The notes below the pieces were generated by a model that made no database searches, had not been told where the DNA came from, and saw nothing but the letters and a program-made list of their open reading frames with translations. From the NCBI GenBank assembly GCA_039583615.1, contig JAVKSQ010000008.1, positions 2,766-66,765 of the forward strand: 64,000 nt of DNA. Reading direction: 5' to 3'. The stretch is from Acidimicrobiales bacterium (GTDB lineage Bacteria; Actinomycetota; Acidimicrobiia; Acidimicrobiales; QHCF01). Position numbers and translations under genes: made by a program. This document shows positions 28,939 through 38,439 of this stretch, one piece after another (positions within the stretch are counted from its first letter, which is position 1; every line of letters begins with the position of its first letter).

Positions 28939-30228
28939 GTGACCGAGGTCCACCGCTTCGTGGAGGAGGAGTGCTTCTCCGGCGGCGGTGACGGCCGGGT
29001 GGGTGCCGAGCTGGAATGGTTGACCTTCCCGGCGGGAGACCGCCGGTCCCGGGTGGACCTGTCCACCCTGGACGCCTTGGCCGCGGAGGTGGCGAGCCTG
29101 CCGGCAGGCGGCAACCTGACCTTCGAGCCAGGCGGCCAGGTGGAGCTGAGCAGCCAGCCCGATACCGACCTCTCCTCTCTCAACCGCGCCGTGGCTGGCG
29201 ACGCCTTGGTGCTGCGCGGCGGGCTCGACCGACTGGGCGTGGAAGCCTCGGCGATCGGCTTGGACCCGATCCGACCGGACACCCGCGTCCTGGACGGCTC
29301 CCGCTACGTGGCCATGCAGGCCTACTTCGATGCCGAGGGCCCGGCCGGCCGTTCCATGATGTGCGGGACTGCCTCGATCCAGGTCAACCTGGACGTGGGC
29401 CAGCCGTCGGCCCGGGCCGGGCGGTGGTCCCTGGCGCATGCGGTCGGTCCGGTCCTGGCTGCCGCCTTCGCCAACTCTCCCTTCGTGGCCGGCTGCCCGT
29501 CAGGTCTGAGGTCCACCCGGCTGGCCCGGTGCCTGACCATGGACCCGACTCGCACCGCCGCGGTGGCCCACGGCCCCCGGTCCGGGTCGACCTGGCACCA
29601 GCCGGCGGCCGCCTGGGCTGACTACGCCCTGAACGCCCGGGTCATGATGGTACGCCGGGACGACGGGCGCCTCCGGCAACCCGACTTCGAGCCGGTGCTG
29701 GAGCCGCTCACCTTCTCCGAGTGGATGACCCGCCCGGATGGCGGGCCGGTGTCAGCGGCCACCGGACGGCCTCTGGGCTTTCCTGGCCTGGACGACCTGG
29801 CCTACCACCTGACCACCCTCTTCCCTCCGGTGCGCCCCAAGGGCTGGCTGGAGCTGCGCATGATCGACGCCCTGCCGGACCCGTGGTGGCGGGTGGCGGT
29901 GGCGGTGCCCGCCGTCCTGCTGAACGACCCCGAGGCAGCCGAGGCGGCAACCATGGCCACCTCGCCCACTGCCGGTCTGTGGGAGGAGGCGGCTCGCTGT
30001 GGCCTGGCCCATCCACTGTTGGCGTCGGCCGCCCAGGCGTGCTTCGGTGCCGCGCTCGCCGGGCTGGACCGGGCAGGTACCGACACCGACACCATGGACG
30101 CCTGCGTCGCCTTCGACGACCGCTTCGTGGCGCGAGGTCGATGCCCGGCCGACGAGCTGGTGCAGGCATGGGCCCGTGAGGGACGTCTCCTGCCGGTGCC
30201 GGCCGGCCGAGAGCCGTCATGGGCCTGA
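28939..30228 (+). CDS. egtA: Glutamate-cysteine ligase EgtA (ergothioneine pathway)
   Basis: ...GRVGAELEWLTF...TFEPGGQVELSS...SMMCGTASIQVNLD... (GCS2/EgtA-like), immediately upstream of egtB-C-D. Start GTG 28939 is a guess; an alternative is GTG around 28884. The first 1.6 kb of ORF 27265..30228 is antisense to tldD and the NiCoT gene. Confidence 0.75.
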   Translation: MTEVHRFVEEECFSGGGDGRVGAELEWLTFPAGDRRSRVDLSTLDALAAEVASLPAGGNLTFEPGGQVELSSQPDTDLSSLNRAVAGDALVLRGGLDRLGVEASAIGLDPIRPDTRVLDGSRYVAMQAYFDAEGPAGRSMMCGTASIQVNLDVGQPSARAGRWSLAHAVGPVLAAAFANSPFVAGCPSGLRSTRLARCLTMDPTRTAAVAHGPRSGSTWHQPAAAWADYALNARVMMVRRDDGRLRQPDFEPVLEPLTFSEWMTRPDGGPVSAATGRPLGFPGLDDLAYHLTTLFPPVRPKGWLELRMIDALPDPWWRVAVAVPAVLLNDPEAAEAATMATSPTAGLWEEAARCGLAHPLLASAAQACFGAALAGLDRAGTDTDTMDACVAFDDRFVARGRCPADELVQAWAREGRLLPVPAGREPSWA

Positions 30229-31691
30229 GCGCCGGGCTGCCCGGGGTCAGCCGGGCCCACCCCGAGTCGCTCGATCTGGCCGAGACGGTGGCGGCCGAGC
30301 TGGAGGCGGCGCGGCGGCGCTCGCTGGAGCTGCTCGATCCCTGCGACGATGCCACCCTGGTCGGCCAGCACTCCCCGCTGATGTCCCCGCTCGTGTGGGA
30401 CCTGGCCCACGTGGGCAACTACGAGGACCTCTGGCTGCTTCGAGCCCTCGGCGCCCAGGGAGTCGATCCATCGCTGGACGACACCTACGACGCCTTTCGC
30501 CATCCCCGTTCGGACCGGCGGGCGCTGGCCCTGATGGGCCCGGCGGCAGCCCGGTCCTACATCGCCAGCGTCCGGGGCCGGGTGCTCGACCAGCTCTCCG
30601 GGACCGATCTGGACCCCGGGCGACCGGCCGGTGACCTGCTGGCCGACGCCTTCGTCTACGGCATGGTCGTCCAGCACGAGCACCAGCACGACGAGACCAT
30701 GCTGGCCGCCCTCCAGCTGTTGGAGGGCTCCCGCCCACTCCTTGGACGCAGTGCCCCCGAAGAGCGCGCCGCAGGGTCCAAAGAACGCCGCCAGCCGCCA
30801 GGCGGCCACCAGGCCAGCCCCCCGGCCCGGCACGGCGAGGTGCGGGTGGACGGGGAGGTGCGGGTGGACGGGGAGGTGCGGGTGGACGGGGAGGTGCGGG
30901 TGGACGGCGAGGTGCGGGTGGACGGCGGGGCCTTCACGATGGGGACCAGCTGGCATCCGTGGGCGTACGACAACGAGCGCCCAGCCCACCAGGTGGAGCT
31001 GCGACCGTACTGGATCGACACCTATCCGGTGACCAACCGGGGCTGGCTGGAGTTCGTGGAGGCGGGGGGCTACCAGCAGGCCCGCTGGTGGAGCGCCGAG
31101 GGCTGGTCGTGGCGGCAGGAGGCGGCCCTTGAGCACCCCCAGCTCTGGCGGAGGGAAGGGGCCTCGTCCTGGTCGCGGCGCTGGTTCGCCCGGCAGGAGG
31201 ACCTGCCCCTCGACCAGCCGGCCGTCCACGTCTGCTGGCACGAGGCGGATGCCTATGCCCGCTGGCGAGGCAAGCGCCTGCCGACGGAGGCCGAGTGGGA
31301 GAAGGCGGCCACCTGGGACCCCGCCTCTGGGGCCAAGCGGCGCTGGCCGTGGGGGGAGGCCGAGCCGACGCCGGACCTGGCCAACCTGGGCCAGCGCCAG
31401 TGGCAGCCGGCACCCGTCGGATCCTGTCCGCAAGGGGCCAGCGCCTATGGCGCCCAGCAGATGGTCGGCGACGTGTGGGAGTGGACCGCCTCGGACTTCG
31501 GGCCCTACCCGGGCTTCGCCTCGTTCCCCTACCGGCAGTACTCGGAGGTCTTCTTCGGCTCGCAGCACAAGGTGCTCAGGGGTGGCTCGTGGGCCACCTG
31601 GCCCGTGGCCGCCCGGCCGACCTTCCGCAACTGGGACTACCCGGTCCGCCGCCAGATCTTCGCCGGCCTGCGCTGTGCCAGGGACGCCTGA
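30219..31691 (+). CDS. egtB: Hercynine oxygenase / sulfoxide synthase EgtB (DinB-like + FGE-sulfatase-like domains)
   Basis: DinB-type His motifs (WDLAHVGNYEDLW, VVQHEHQHDETM) and an FGE-like domain (GGAFTMGT...YWIDTYPVTN...RLPTEAEWEKAA...VWEWTASDF...VLRGGSWAT). It contains an internal 5 x 18-bp repeat. Confidence 0.9.
   Translation: MGLSAGLPGVSRAHPESLDLAETVAAELEAARRRSLELLDPCDDATLVGQHSPLMSPLVWDLAHVGNYEDLWLLRALGAQGVDPSLDDTYDAFRHPRSDRRALALMGPAAARSYIASVRGRVLDQLSGTDLDPGRPAGDLLADAFVYGMVVQHEHQHDETMLAALQLLEGSRPLLGRSAPEERAAGSKERRQPPGGHQASPPARHGEVRVDGEVRVDGEVRVDGEVRVDGEVRVDGGAFTMGTSWHPWAYDNERPAHQVELRPYWIDTYPVTNRGWLEFVEAGGYQQARWWSAEGWSWRQEAALEHPQLWRREGASSWSRRWFARQEDLPLDQPAVHVCWHEADAYARWRGKRLPTEAEWEKAATWDPASGAKRRWPWGEAEPTPDLANLGQRQWQPAPVGSCPQGASAYGAQQMVGDVWEWTASDFGPYPGFASFPYRQYSEVFFGSQHKVLRGGSWATWPVAARPTFRNWDYPVRRQIFAGLRCARDA
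30834..30923 (+). repeat. 18-bp tandem repeat x5 inside egtB (GG[C/G]GAGGTGCGGGTGGAC = GEVRVD)
   Basis: Read directly and in frame with egtB. The outer units use GGC and the three inner units GGG, a synonymous difference. Confidence 0.95.
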
Positions 31692-31695
31692 GGCC

Positions 31696-32484
31696 ATGTG
31701 CCGTCACCTGACGCGGCTCGGCCCGCCGGTCACCCTCCAGTGGCTGCTGCTGGACCCGCCGCACAGCCTTCTCCGCCAGTCGTGGGCCCCCCGCCACCAG
31801 GACGTGGGGCGTATCAACGCCGACGGCTTCGGGGTGGGATGGTACGACCGGGCCCGGCGAGGCGAGCCTGCCCGCTACCGCACCAGCCGGCCGATGTGGG
31901 CCGACCGGTCGTTCGCCAGCCTGGCCGGGCTGGTGGCCTCGGGGGCGGTGATGGCCTCGGTGAGGGCCGCCACTCCCCCGTCGCCGGTGGAGGAGGCCGG
32001 CAACGCTCCCTTCACCGCCGGCCACTGGCTGTTCTCCCACAACGGCACCGTCCACGGCTTCCACGAGCCGTCCACCGGCCTGCGGGTCAAGCTGACGCGC
32101 CTGGTCTCCGAGCGCCGGGCCGGAGGGTTGGAAGGATGCAGCGACTCGGAGGTCCTCTTCGCCCTCGTCCTGGACCGCCTGGACGAGGGAGCCTGCCTGG
32201 GTGACGCGCTGGCCGACGTGACGGCCGTGGTGCTCGGGCTCACCAGCGCCAGGCTCAACCTGATGGTCTCGGACGGCCAGGGCCTGGCCGCCACCGCGTG
32301 GGGCAGCTCGCTGTACACCTTGGAGGGGACCGGCCTGGCCACCGGCGGCGTGCTGGTCAGCTCCGAGCCGTGCGACGACGAGCCCGGCTGGGAGCCGGTA
32401 GCCGACGGGTCGCTGGTGGTGGCCAGCTACCCTCAGGGCTTGCACCTCGAGGTCACGCCGCTGTTCCCCGGCGGTCGCCGGTAG
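31696..32484 (+). CDS. egtC: Amidohydrolase EgtC (class II glutamine amidotransferase fold)
   Basis: The protein starts MCRHL... (Cys2 nucleophile), with ...NADGFGVGWY... and ...FSHNGTV.... Start at ATG 31696 in ORF 31129..32484. Confidence 0.85.
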   Translation: MCRHLTRLGPPVTLQWLLLDPPHSLLRQSWAPRHQDVGRINADGFGVGWYDRARRGEPARYRTSRPMWADRSFASLAGLVASGAVMASVRAATPPSPVEEAGNAPFTAGHWLFSHNGTVHGFHEPSTGLRVKLTRLVSERRAGGLEGCSDSEVLFALVLDRLDEGACLGDALADVTAVVLGLTSARLNLMVSDGQGLAATAWGSSLYTLEGTGLATGGVLVSSEPCDDEPGWEPVADGSLVVASYPQGLHLEVTPLFPGGRR

Positions 32485-32488
32485 CCTG

Positions 32489-33466
32489 GTGCGGGATGCG
32501 CCAGCTCTCAGGGTGGACGTCCACCTCCAGCCCGGCCAGGTCGAGGCCGCCCTGCTGGCCGACGTCGGCTCGGGCCTGAGGGCCGATCCCAAGCGCCTCT
32601 CGCCCCGGTGGCTCTACGACGACCGGGGCTCGGAGCTCTTCGACGCCATCACCCGGCTGCCCGAGTACTACCCGACTCGACGGGAGCGAGAGATACTCGT
32701 GTGCCGAGCCGGCGAGGTGGCCGACCTCACCAGTGCCGACACGCTGGTGGAGCTGGGCTCGGGCACCTCGGAGAAGACCCGACTGCTGCTCGACGCCCTG
32801 GATCGAGCTGGCCGCCTGCGCCGGTTCGTGCCCCTGGACGTGAGCGAGGCGACCCTGCGGGCGGCCAGCTCGGCCGTCGCCGACGCCTACCCGGCCGTGA
32901 CTGTGCACGCGGTGGTGGGGGACTTCACAACCCATCTCGGGCGCCTGCCGGTGGGTGGGCGGCGCCTGGTGGCCTTCCTGGGGGGCACGATCGGCAACCT
33001 GGCGCCGGCCGAGCGTGCCTGCCTCCTGGCCGACCTGGCTGCCAGCCTGGCTTCGGGCGACGCCCTGCTCCTCGGGACCGACCTGGTGAAGGACCCCGCC
33101 CGACTGGTGGCTGCCTACGACGACTCGGCTGGGGTCACCGCCGAGTTCAACCGCAACCTGCTCCACCGGCTCAACCGGGAGATCGGGGCCAACTTCGTGC
33201 CCGAGCGATTCGAGCACCTCGCCCGCTGGGATCCGCAGCGACAGTGGATGGAGATGTGGCTGAGGTCCAACGGCACCCAGTCGGTCGCCCTGCCCAGGCT
33301 GGCGATGGAGATCGAGCTCCGTGACGAGGAGGAGCTTCGTACCGAGATCAGCGCCAAATTTCGCAAGGAAGCTGTCCGAGCCGAGCTGGAGGCGGCTGGA
33401 CTGGACCTGGCCCGGTGGTGGACCGACGCCGCCGGCGACTACGCCTTGTCCCTGTCCTTCGCCTGA
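32489..33466 (+). CDS. egtD: L-histidine N-alpha-methyltransferase EgtD
   Basis: ...LSPRWLYDDRGSELFDAITRLPEYYPTRREREIL...LVELGSGTSEKTRLLL...FLGGTIGN... (EgtD/Methyltransf_33 pattern). GTG start at 32489. Confidence 0.9.
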   Translation: MRDAPALRVDVHLQPGQVEAALLADVGSGLRADPKRLSPRWLYDDRGSELFDAITRLPEYYPTRREREILVCRAGEVADLTSADTLVELGSGTSEKTRLLLDALDRAGRLRRFVPLDVSEATLRAASSAVADAYPAVTVHAVVGDFTTHLGRLPVGGRRLVAFLGGTIGNLAPAERACLLADLAASLASGDALLLGTDLVKDPARLVAAYDDSAGVTAEFNRNLLHRLNREIGANFVPERFEHLARWDPQRQWMEMWLRSNGTQSVALPRLAMEIELRDEEELRTEISAKFRKEAVRAELEAAGLDLARWWTDAAGDYALSLSFA

Positions 33467-33487
33467 GACCCCGGCCACCCCTCAGGC
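33461..33487. terminator. Hairpin between convergent egtD and the helicase gene (7-bp stem GCCTGAG/CTCAGGC, 13-nt loop) that embeds both stop codons
   Basis: Read directly: the egtD TGA (33464-66) lies in the left arm and the helicase stop (tca 33482-84) in the right arm. There is no U-tract, so the terminator call is weak. Confidence 0.3.
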
Positions 33488-34699
33488 GGCGTCCTCGCCC
33501 GGTCTCCACTGGGCCAGGGCGCCGAGGCGCTCGTCGTTGGAGAAGACCTCGACGATCGGCAGGCGCAACCCGATCCGGCGCTGGATGCGCTCCACCTCCA
33601 GGATCTGGTCCCACAGGGCGAGAGTCACCACCACGCCCGCCTCCCCGGCTCGGGCCGTCCGCCCGGAGCGGTGCAGGTAGGCCTTGTGGTCCTCGGGCGG
33701 GTCGAAGTGGACGACCACGTCCACGGCGTCTATGTCCAAGCCGCGGGCAGCCACGTCGGTGGCCACCAGGGCCGGCAGCCGGCCCTCGGAGAACTGGCGC
33801 AGGGCTGCCTCCCGGGCCCCCTGACGGAGATCCCCGTGGATGGCCGACGCCTTGAGCCCCTCCCGGCGCAGCTGGTCCACCAGCCGGTCAGCCCCCCGCT
33901 TGGTCCGAACGAACACCAGCGTCTTGGCGCTTCCCCGGCAGATGGCCGCCGCCACCTTGGGCTTGTCCAGCTGGTGCACCGCCAAGAAACGGTGCTCCAT
34001 CTCCTCCACCGTCACCTGCTTGGACTGGACCTGGTGGTGGACCGGGTCGCTCAGGTAGCGCTTCACCAGATGGTCCACCGCCCCGTCCAGGGTGGCGGAG
34101 AACAACAGGGTCTGATGAGGGCGCTCCAGGCGCCGCAGCACCCACTCGACCTGGGGCATGAAGCCCATGTCGGCCATCCGGTCGGCCTCGTCGAGCACCA
34201 GCACCTCCACATCGGCCACCGAGAGCTCCCGCCGGTTGCCAAGGTCGATGAGCCGGCCCGGGGTGGCTATGACCACCTCAGCCCCCCGGCGCAGCCCCCT
34301 CACCTGGCGCTCCATGTCGGCCCCGCCGTAGACGGCTGCGACCCGCAACCCCACCGCCTGGGCCAGGGGGGCCAGCACGTTGCGTACCTGCCCGGCCAGC
34401 TCCCGGGTGGGCACCAGGACCAGAGCCCGGGGACGGCCTGCCCGACCCTTGCCGGGGGACTCGACCTGGCCCTTGGCCGTGCGCTGCAGCAGCGGCAGGC
34501 CAAAGGCAAGGGTCTTTCCCGAGCCGGTCTGGGCTCGGCCGCACACGTCCCTGCCGGCCAGGGCGTCGGCAACGGTGAGGGCCTGGATGGGGAACGGCTC
34601 GGCGATCCCCTGGGCGGCCAGGATGGCAGCCAGGGGAGGGGCCACCCCCAGGGCATCGAAGGTGGGCGCCACTGCAGGGGCGTCGAGGGTGGTCGGCAT
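33482..34699 (-). CDS. DEAD-box ATP-dependent RNA helicase
   Basis: Q motif PFPIQ, motif I AQTGSGKT, motif II VLDEADRM (DEAD), motif III SAT, and HRSGRTARAG. Confidence 0.9.
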   Translation of the reverse strand: MPTTLDAPAVAPTFDALGVAPPLAAILAAQGIAEPFPIQALTVADALAGRDVCGRAQTGSGKTLAFGLPLLQRTAKGQVESPGKGRAGRPRALVLVPTRELAGQVRNVLAPLAQAVGLRVAAVYGGADMERQVRGLRRGAEVVIATPGRLIDLGNRRELSVADVEVLVLDEADRMADMGFMPQVEWVLRRLERPHQTLLFSATLDGAVDHLVKRYLSDPVHHQVQSKQVTVEEMEHRFLAVHQLDKPKVAAAICRGSAKTLVFVRTKRGADRLVDQLRREGLKASAIHGDLRQGAREAALRQFSEGRLPALVATDVAARGLDIDAVDVVVHFDPPEDHKAYLHRSGRTARAGEAGVVVTLALWDQILEVERIQRRIGLRLPIVEVFSNDERLGALAQWRPGEDAA

Positions 34700-34862
34700 G
34701 CGGGTTATCTCTCTCCTGTTCGACTGGTGAGCTCGCCACGGGCCCGCCTCGGGCGCTCCGCAGGAGGTGACCGACAGGAGTGATTGAGGAAGACCCCGGT
34801 GGCCGGGCCGATTACCCGGCGACCACCCGCCAGCATAGCGCTGCGCCTGGCATCCTGGGAAA

Positions 34863-36089
34863 ATGCCGCATCAGCACCGCCGGGGAGCCCGGCGGTGGCT
34901 GGCCCTCGGCCTCGGCTGCCTGATGGCCGGCTCGGCGGCGAGCTCGGGGGCGGCTCCCCACCCGGCCGGTCCTCCCGCCGCCGGGCGGGGGGCGGCTAGG
35001 CCGGCGGCCAGCCACCGCTGGCGCCAGGCGTCCAGGGCCACGGCGGGTCCGACCTCGCCCGGCAGCACCCGGCCGTCGCCGCCCACCTGCCTCGAGCTGG
35101 GCCTTGACCAACTGGTCGGCCAGCGGTTCGTCTTCTCCTTCCGTGGCACCGTCCCCCCCAGCGACCTGGTGCGGCGCATCGAGCTGGGAGAGGCAGCCGG
35201 AGTGATCCTGTTCAGCTCCAACTTCACGTCGGCGGCCGGCCTGAGGGGGCTCACCCGGCTGCTCCAGGCCCTTCCCCGGCCGGCGGCGCTGCGCTCCCCC
35301 CTGCTCGTCATGACCGACCAGGAGGGCGGGGAGGTCGCCCGCCTACCGGGGGCCCCGCTGCCATCGGCGTCCGAGACAGGCAAGCACGCCAGCCGCCCAG
35401 AGGCCCGTCGGCTGGGAGAGGACGCTGGCTCGGTCCTGGCCCGTGAGGGGGTGAACATGGACCTGGCCCCGGTCCTCGACGTGGCCCGCCCCGGCAGCTT
35501 CCTCGCCCGACAGCAACGGACCTACGGGACGAGCGCCCAAGCGGTGCGCCGGCTGGGAGGAGCCTTCGCCGCCGGCCTGGCCCGGGCCGGGATCATCGCC
35601 ACAGCCAAGCACTTCCCGGGCCTCGGCTCAGCCACCATCAGCACCGACGACGCGCCGGTGCGGGTCAGCTTGGCGCGTACGGCCCTGAGGGGGGTGGACG
35701 AGGCGCCCTTCGCCGCCGCCATCTCTGCCGGAGCCCCAGCGGTGATGCTCTCCACCGCCGTCTACCCGGCGCTGGACGACCGCCCGGCTGCCCTGTCGCC
35801 GGTGGTGGCCACCGGTGAGCTGCGCCGTCACCTCGGCTTCCGAGGAGTGTCGATCACCGACGATCTCGACGCTCCGGCCCTGGCCGCCTACGGGTCACCA
35901 GGGCAAAGGGCGCTCCTCGGCGCCCTGGCGGGCACGGACCTCCTGTTGTTCGCCGGCAGCTACGAATCGGGTGCCCAGGCGGAGGACTCCCTGGTGGAGC
36001 TGGCCAGGGCGGGGGACCTGCCGGCTGGCGGGCTGTGTCGCAGCGCCCAGCGGGTGCTCAGCCTCCGATCGGGCATAGGCGTTCGGTGA
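34863..36089 (+). CDS. Secreted glycoside hydrolase family 3 (beta-N-acetylhexosaminidase-like, N-terminal domain only)
   Basis: Signal-like N-terminus, then ...LLVMTDQEGGEVARL..., GVNMDLAPVLDV and ATAKHFPGLGSA (GH3 KH(F/I)PG motif). Confidence 0.8.
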   Translation: MPHQHRRGARRWLALGLGCLMAGSAASSGAAPHPAGPPAAGRGAARPAASHRWRQASRATAGPTSPGSTRPSPPTCLELGLDQLVGQRFVFSFRGTVPPSDLVRRIELGEAAGVILFSSNFTSAAGLRGLTRLLQALPRPAALRSPLLVMTDQEGGEVARLPGAPLPSASETGKHASRPEARRLGEDAGSVLAREGVNMDLAPVLDVARPGSFLARQQRTYGTSAQAVRRLGGAFAAGLARAGIIATAKHFPGLGSATISTDDAPVRVSLARTALRGVDEAPFAAAISAGAPAVMLSTAVYPALDDRPAALSPVVATGELRRHLGFRGVSITDDLDAPALAAYGSPGQRALLGALAGTDLLLFAGSYESGAQAEDSLVELARAGDLPAGGLCRSAQRVLSLRSGIGVR

Positions 36090-36106
36090 CCTGGCTGGGC
36101 CTGGGC

Positions 36107-36439
36107 TCAGCCCAGGCTGGCGGCCATGGCCGTATCCGGCAGGCCATCGGCCTCCGCCAGCCCGTGGCGGATCTCCCGCAGGACCTCAGCCACCTCTTGG
36201 GAGGAGAACAGCTCCCGCTGGAGCGTGAGGGCGATCCACGAGCCCACGACCTCGGCGATGGGCTGGTCGCTCAACCAGCCGTAGAGGACGAAGAGCATCC
36301 GCTGCACCGACGCCGGTGAGAACACCGGCTGGGCCTCGGTGGCAGCCAACCAAGCCTCGATGAACTCGGCCGGGGGCAGAGCCTCGACGTCGGCGGCACT
36401 CGAGTCGACTCCGGTAGAAAGTGCTCTCTTTGCGCTCAT
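36107..36439 (-). CDS. Hypothetical protein (110 aa)
   Basis: The ORF has protein-like composition (MSAKRALSTGVDSS...FVLYGWLSDQPIAEVVGSWIALTLQRELFSSQEV...). No recognised motif. Confidence 0.4.
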   Translation of the reverse strand: MSAKRALSTGVDSSAADVEALPPAEFIEAWLAATEAQPVFSPASVQRMLFVLYGWLSDQPIAEVVGSWIALTLQRELFSSQEVAEVLREIRHGLAEADGLPDTAMAASLG

Positions 36440-36572
36440 GTCTGGTGCAACACCATCCGGGACCCAGATCGTCCCTGCCGCTTGCCCCGGTCCACCGCCT
36501 GGACGCGGCGCCTGGCCACGCCGTCACACAACCCCAACATGGTTGGCGTGGAAAGGGCCACCGCTGGGAACG

Positions 36573-36974
36573 ATGCTGGGCATGTCCGACATCGCCGAGG
36601 ACGCCGCCGGGGACGCCGACATCGGCGTGGGCCGGCTACCGGCCGACGCCCTGGTCATCGAGTCGTGCCACAGCATCTGGCTGTTCGACCGGCCGGGCAA
36701 GCGCTTTCGCCGGATCCTCAAGGGTCTGGACCTGGGCTCGGCCATGGCCCGGACGGCCTGGCGGCCATACTGGGAGCTGCGGGCCGACCCGGCGTGGGAG
36801 TCCTTCGTCGTGGTGCTCAATCCGGATGGCAGCCGCCTGGCGCGGGCTTGGCGCCATCGGGAGGACTGCCCGCACTGCGGGCAGCCCACGACCGGGCTGT
36901 CCCTCGACCACCGGGGCGCGGCGGTGGACCACAACCTTGGCGGCAACTGGTACCAACCGGGATGGCCAGGGTGA
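36573..36974 (+). CDS. Hypothetical protein (133 aa)
   Basis: ATG 36573 in ORF 36339..36974 gives ...VIESCHSIWLFDRPGKRFRRILKG...WRHREDCPHCGQP... (a possible small CxxC/His site). No family recognised. Confidence 0.4.
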   Translation: MLGMSDIAEDAAGDADIGVGRLPADALVIESCHSIWLFDRPGKRFRRILKGLDLGSAMARTAWRPYWELRADPAWESFVVVLNPDGSRLARAWRHREDCPHCGQPTTGLSLDHRGAAVDHNLGGNWYQPGWPG

Positions 36975-37081
36975 TGCCGACGCCGGGATGATGCCGCGCC
37001 GGGATATCCTGGTGGAGTGAGTGTGGCCACCGTGAGCGTAGGCCGCTCGGAGAGCTGGGCCGGGCCCGACCTGGAGGGACC

Positions 37082-38299
37082 ATGACCGCCGGGTCCTTCC
37101 CCCCCCGGAGCGCCCTCGTCGTCGCCGTGGCCCTGGTAGTGGCTGCCGGCCTGGCTGCCGGGGGGACAATGTTGGCTGTCGCCCATGCCTCCTCCGGGCA
37201 CTCAGGACCGGGCGGCTCGGCCGGGCCGCCCCCCGACCCACCCCTCCAGCTGGTGAGCACCCCGGCCGACGGGGCCACCGGCTTTCCCCTCGACGGAGCC
37301 GTCTCGGTGGCCCTGGCCAATGGCAGCGACCAGTTGCGGTCCCTGGCCGTCACCGGCCCCACCGGCCAGCCCGTCCCTGGCGGACTGGTCCCGGGCGGCA
37401 GCTGGGCCAGCGCCCCCGGCACCATCCTGGCTCCCGGCACCACCTACCAGATCACCGCCGAGGGCCTGGCTCCCAACGGCCACCTGCTCCACGGCCACTC
37501 CTCGTTCACCACCCTTACCCCTCTGGGCACCCTGGCACCAACCATCAATGTGGGAGACGGTCAGACGGTTGGCGTCGGCATGCCTATCGTGATCCGCTTC
37601 GCCCACTCGGTGACCGACCGGGCGGCCGTGCAGAGCCGTCTCGCAGTGACCATGTCGATACCGGTGACCGGGGCGTGGCACTGGTTCAGCTCCAGGGAGG
37701 TCCATTATCGGCCGCAGACCTACTGGCCCAGTGGAGAGCAGGTCACCATGGTGGCCCAGCTGCTGGGAGTGGACGCCGGCGGCGACGTATGGGGGCTGTC
37801 CAACCACTCCGTGCACTTCAGCGTAGGTGACGCCCACGTCAGCACGGTCGACACGGCCGGCCACGCCATGACCGTCACCGACAACGGCCACGTGGTGCGC
37901 ACCGTACCCGTAAGCGCCGGGCGGACCAACCTGCCCACCATGAACGGAGTCCACATCGCCCTGGCCAAGTCCCAGGACGTGCTCATGGACTCGGCCACCG
38001 TAGGCATCCCCCGGGACTCGCCGGACGGCTACTACGAGCACGTGTACTGGGACGTCGCCATCACCACAGGAGGGGAGTACGTCCACGCCGCGCCGTGGTC
38101 AGTGGGCAGCCAGGGCCGGTCCAACGTGTCACACGGATGCGTCAACCTGAGCCCGTCCGATGCGACATGGTTCTACGGCTTCTCCCAACTGGGCGACGTC
38201 ATCCAGGTCACAGGGTCCCCCCGCCCCCCCAGCGGCGATCCTGGCACGGCTGACTGGAACATGCCCTGGGACCAGTGGGTGGCCGGTAGCGCCACCTGA
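37082..38299 (+). CDS. L,D-transpeptidase (YkuD domain) with N-terminal Ig-like domains
   Basis: Signal/TM ALVVAVALVVAAGLAAGG and the catalytic YkuD motif SHGCVNLSPSDATWFY. Confidence 0.85.
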   Translation: MTAGSFPPRSALVVAVALVVAAGLAAGGTMLAVAHASSGHSGPGGSAGPPPDPPLQLVSTPADGATGFPLDGAVSVALANGSDQLRSLAVTGPTGQPVPGGLVPGGSWASAPGTILAPGTTYQITAEGLAPNGHLLHGHSSFTTLTPLGTLAPTINVGDGQTVGVGMPIVIRFAHSVTDRAAVQSRLAVTMSIPVTGAWHWFSSREVHYRPQTYWPSGEQVTMVAQLLGVDAGGDVWGLSNHSVHFSVGDAHVSTVDTAGHAMTVTDNGHVVRTVPVSAGRTNLPTMNGVHIALAKSQDVLMDSATVGIPRDSPDGYYEHVYWDVAITTGGEYVHAAPWSVGSQGRSNVSHGCVNLSPSDATWFYGFSQLGDVIQVTGSPRPPSGDPGTADWNMPWDQWVAGSAT

Positions 38300-38439
38300 G
38301 CCGCCGGGCGCCGGGACGTCCCGACCGCTTGTCGCAGTAGACCACCCGGCCCCGCCACCCCCGGCCGGCGGCGCCAGCCCGCACCCCCGGCCGACGGCGG
38401 CCGCCGCGCTGGGTAGAGGGCCCGGCGGTACGCTCGACC

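Noticed and set aside
27265-30228. 987-aa ORF in the supplied track, along with many other very long ORFs (314..1153+, 7550..8962-, 7975..10023+, 17897..19711+, 21007..23121-, 44140..45984-, 44631..46820+, 53098..55353-, 54072..56393+).
   Set aside because: These are high-GC shadow ORFs. They run antisense to, or out of frame with, genes that carry unambiguous motifs (tldD, NiCoT, adh, sdhA, AAA+, typA, valS). They are Arg/Pro/Gly/Ala-rich with no recognisable domains. Only the 3' part of 27265..30228 (egtA) and of 54072..56393 (hydrolase) is real.
24259-34783. Shared 9-mer ACAGGAGTG upstream of whiB (24259) and in the helicase/GH3 divergent region (34774), considered as a common regulatory motif.
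   Set aside because: A rough expectation for repeated 9-mers in 2 x 64 kb is in the tens of thousands, so a single shared 9-mer is not significant.
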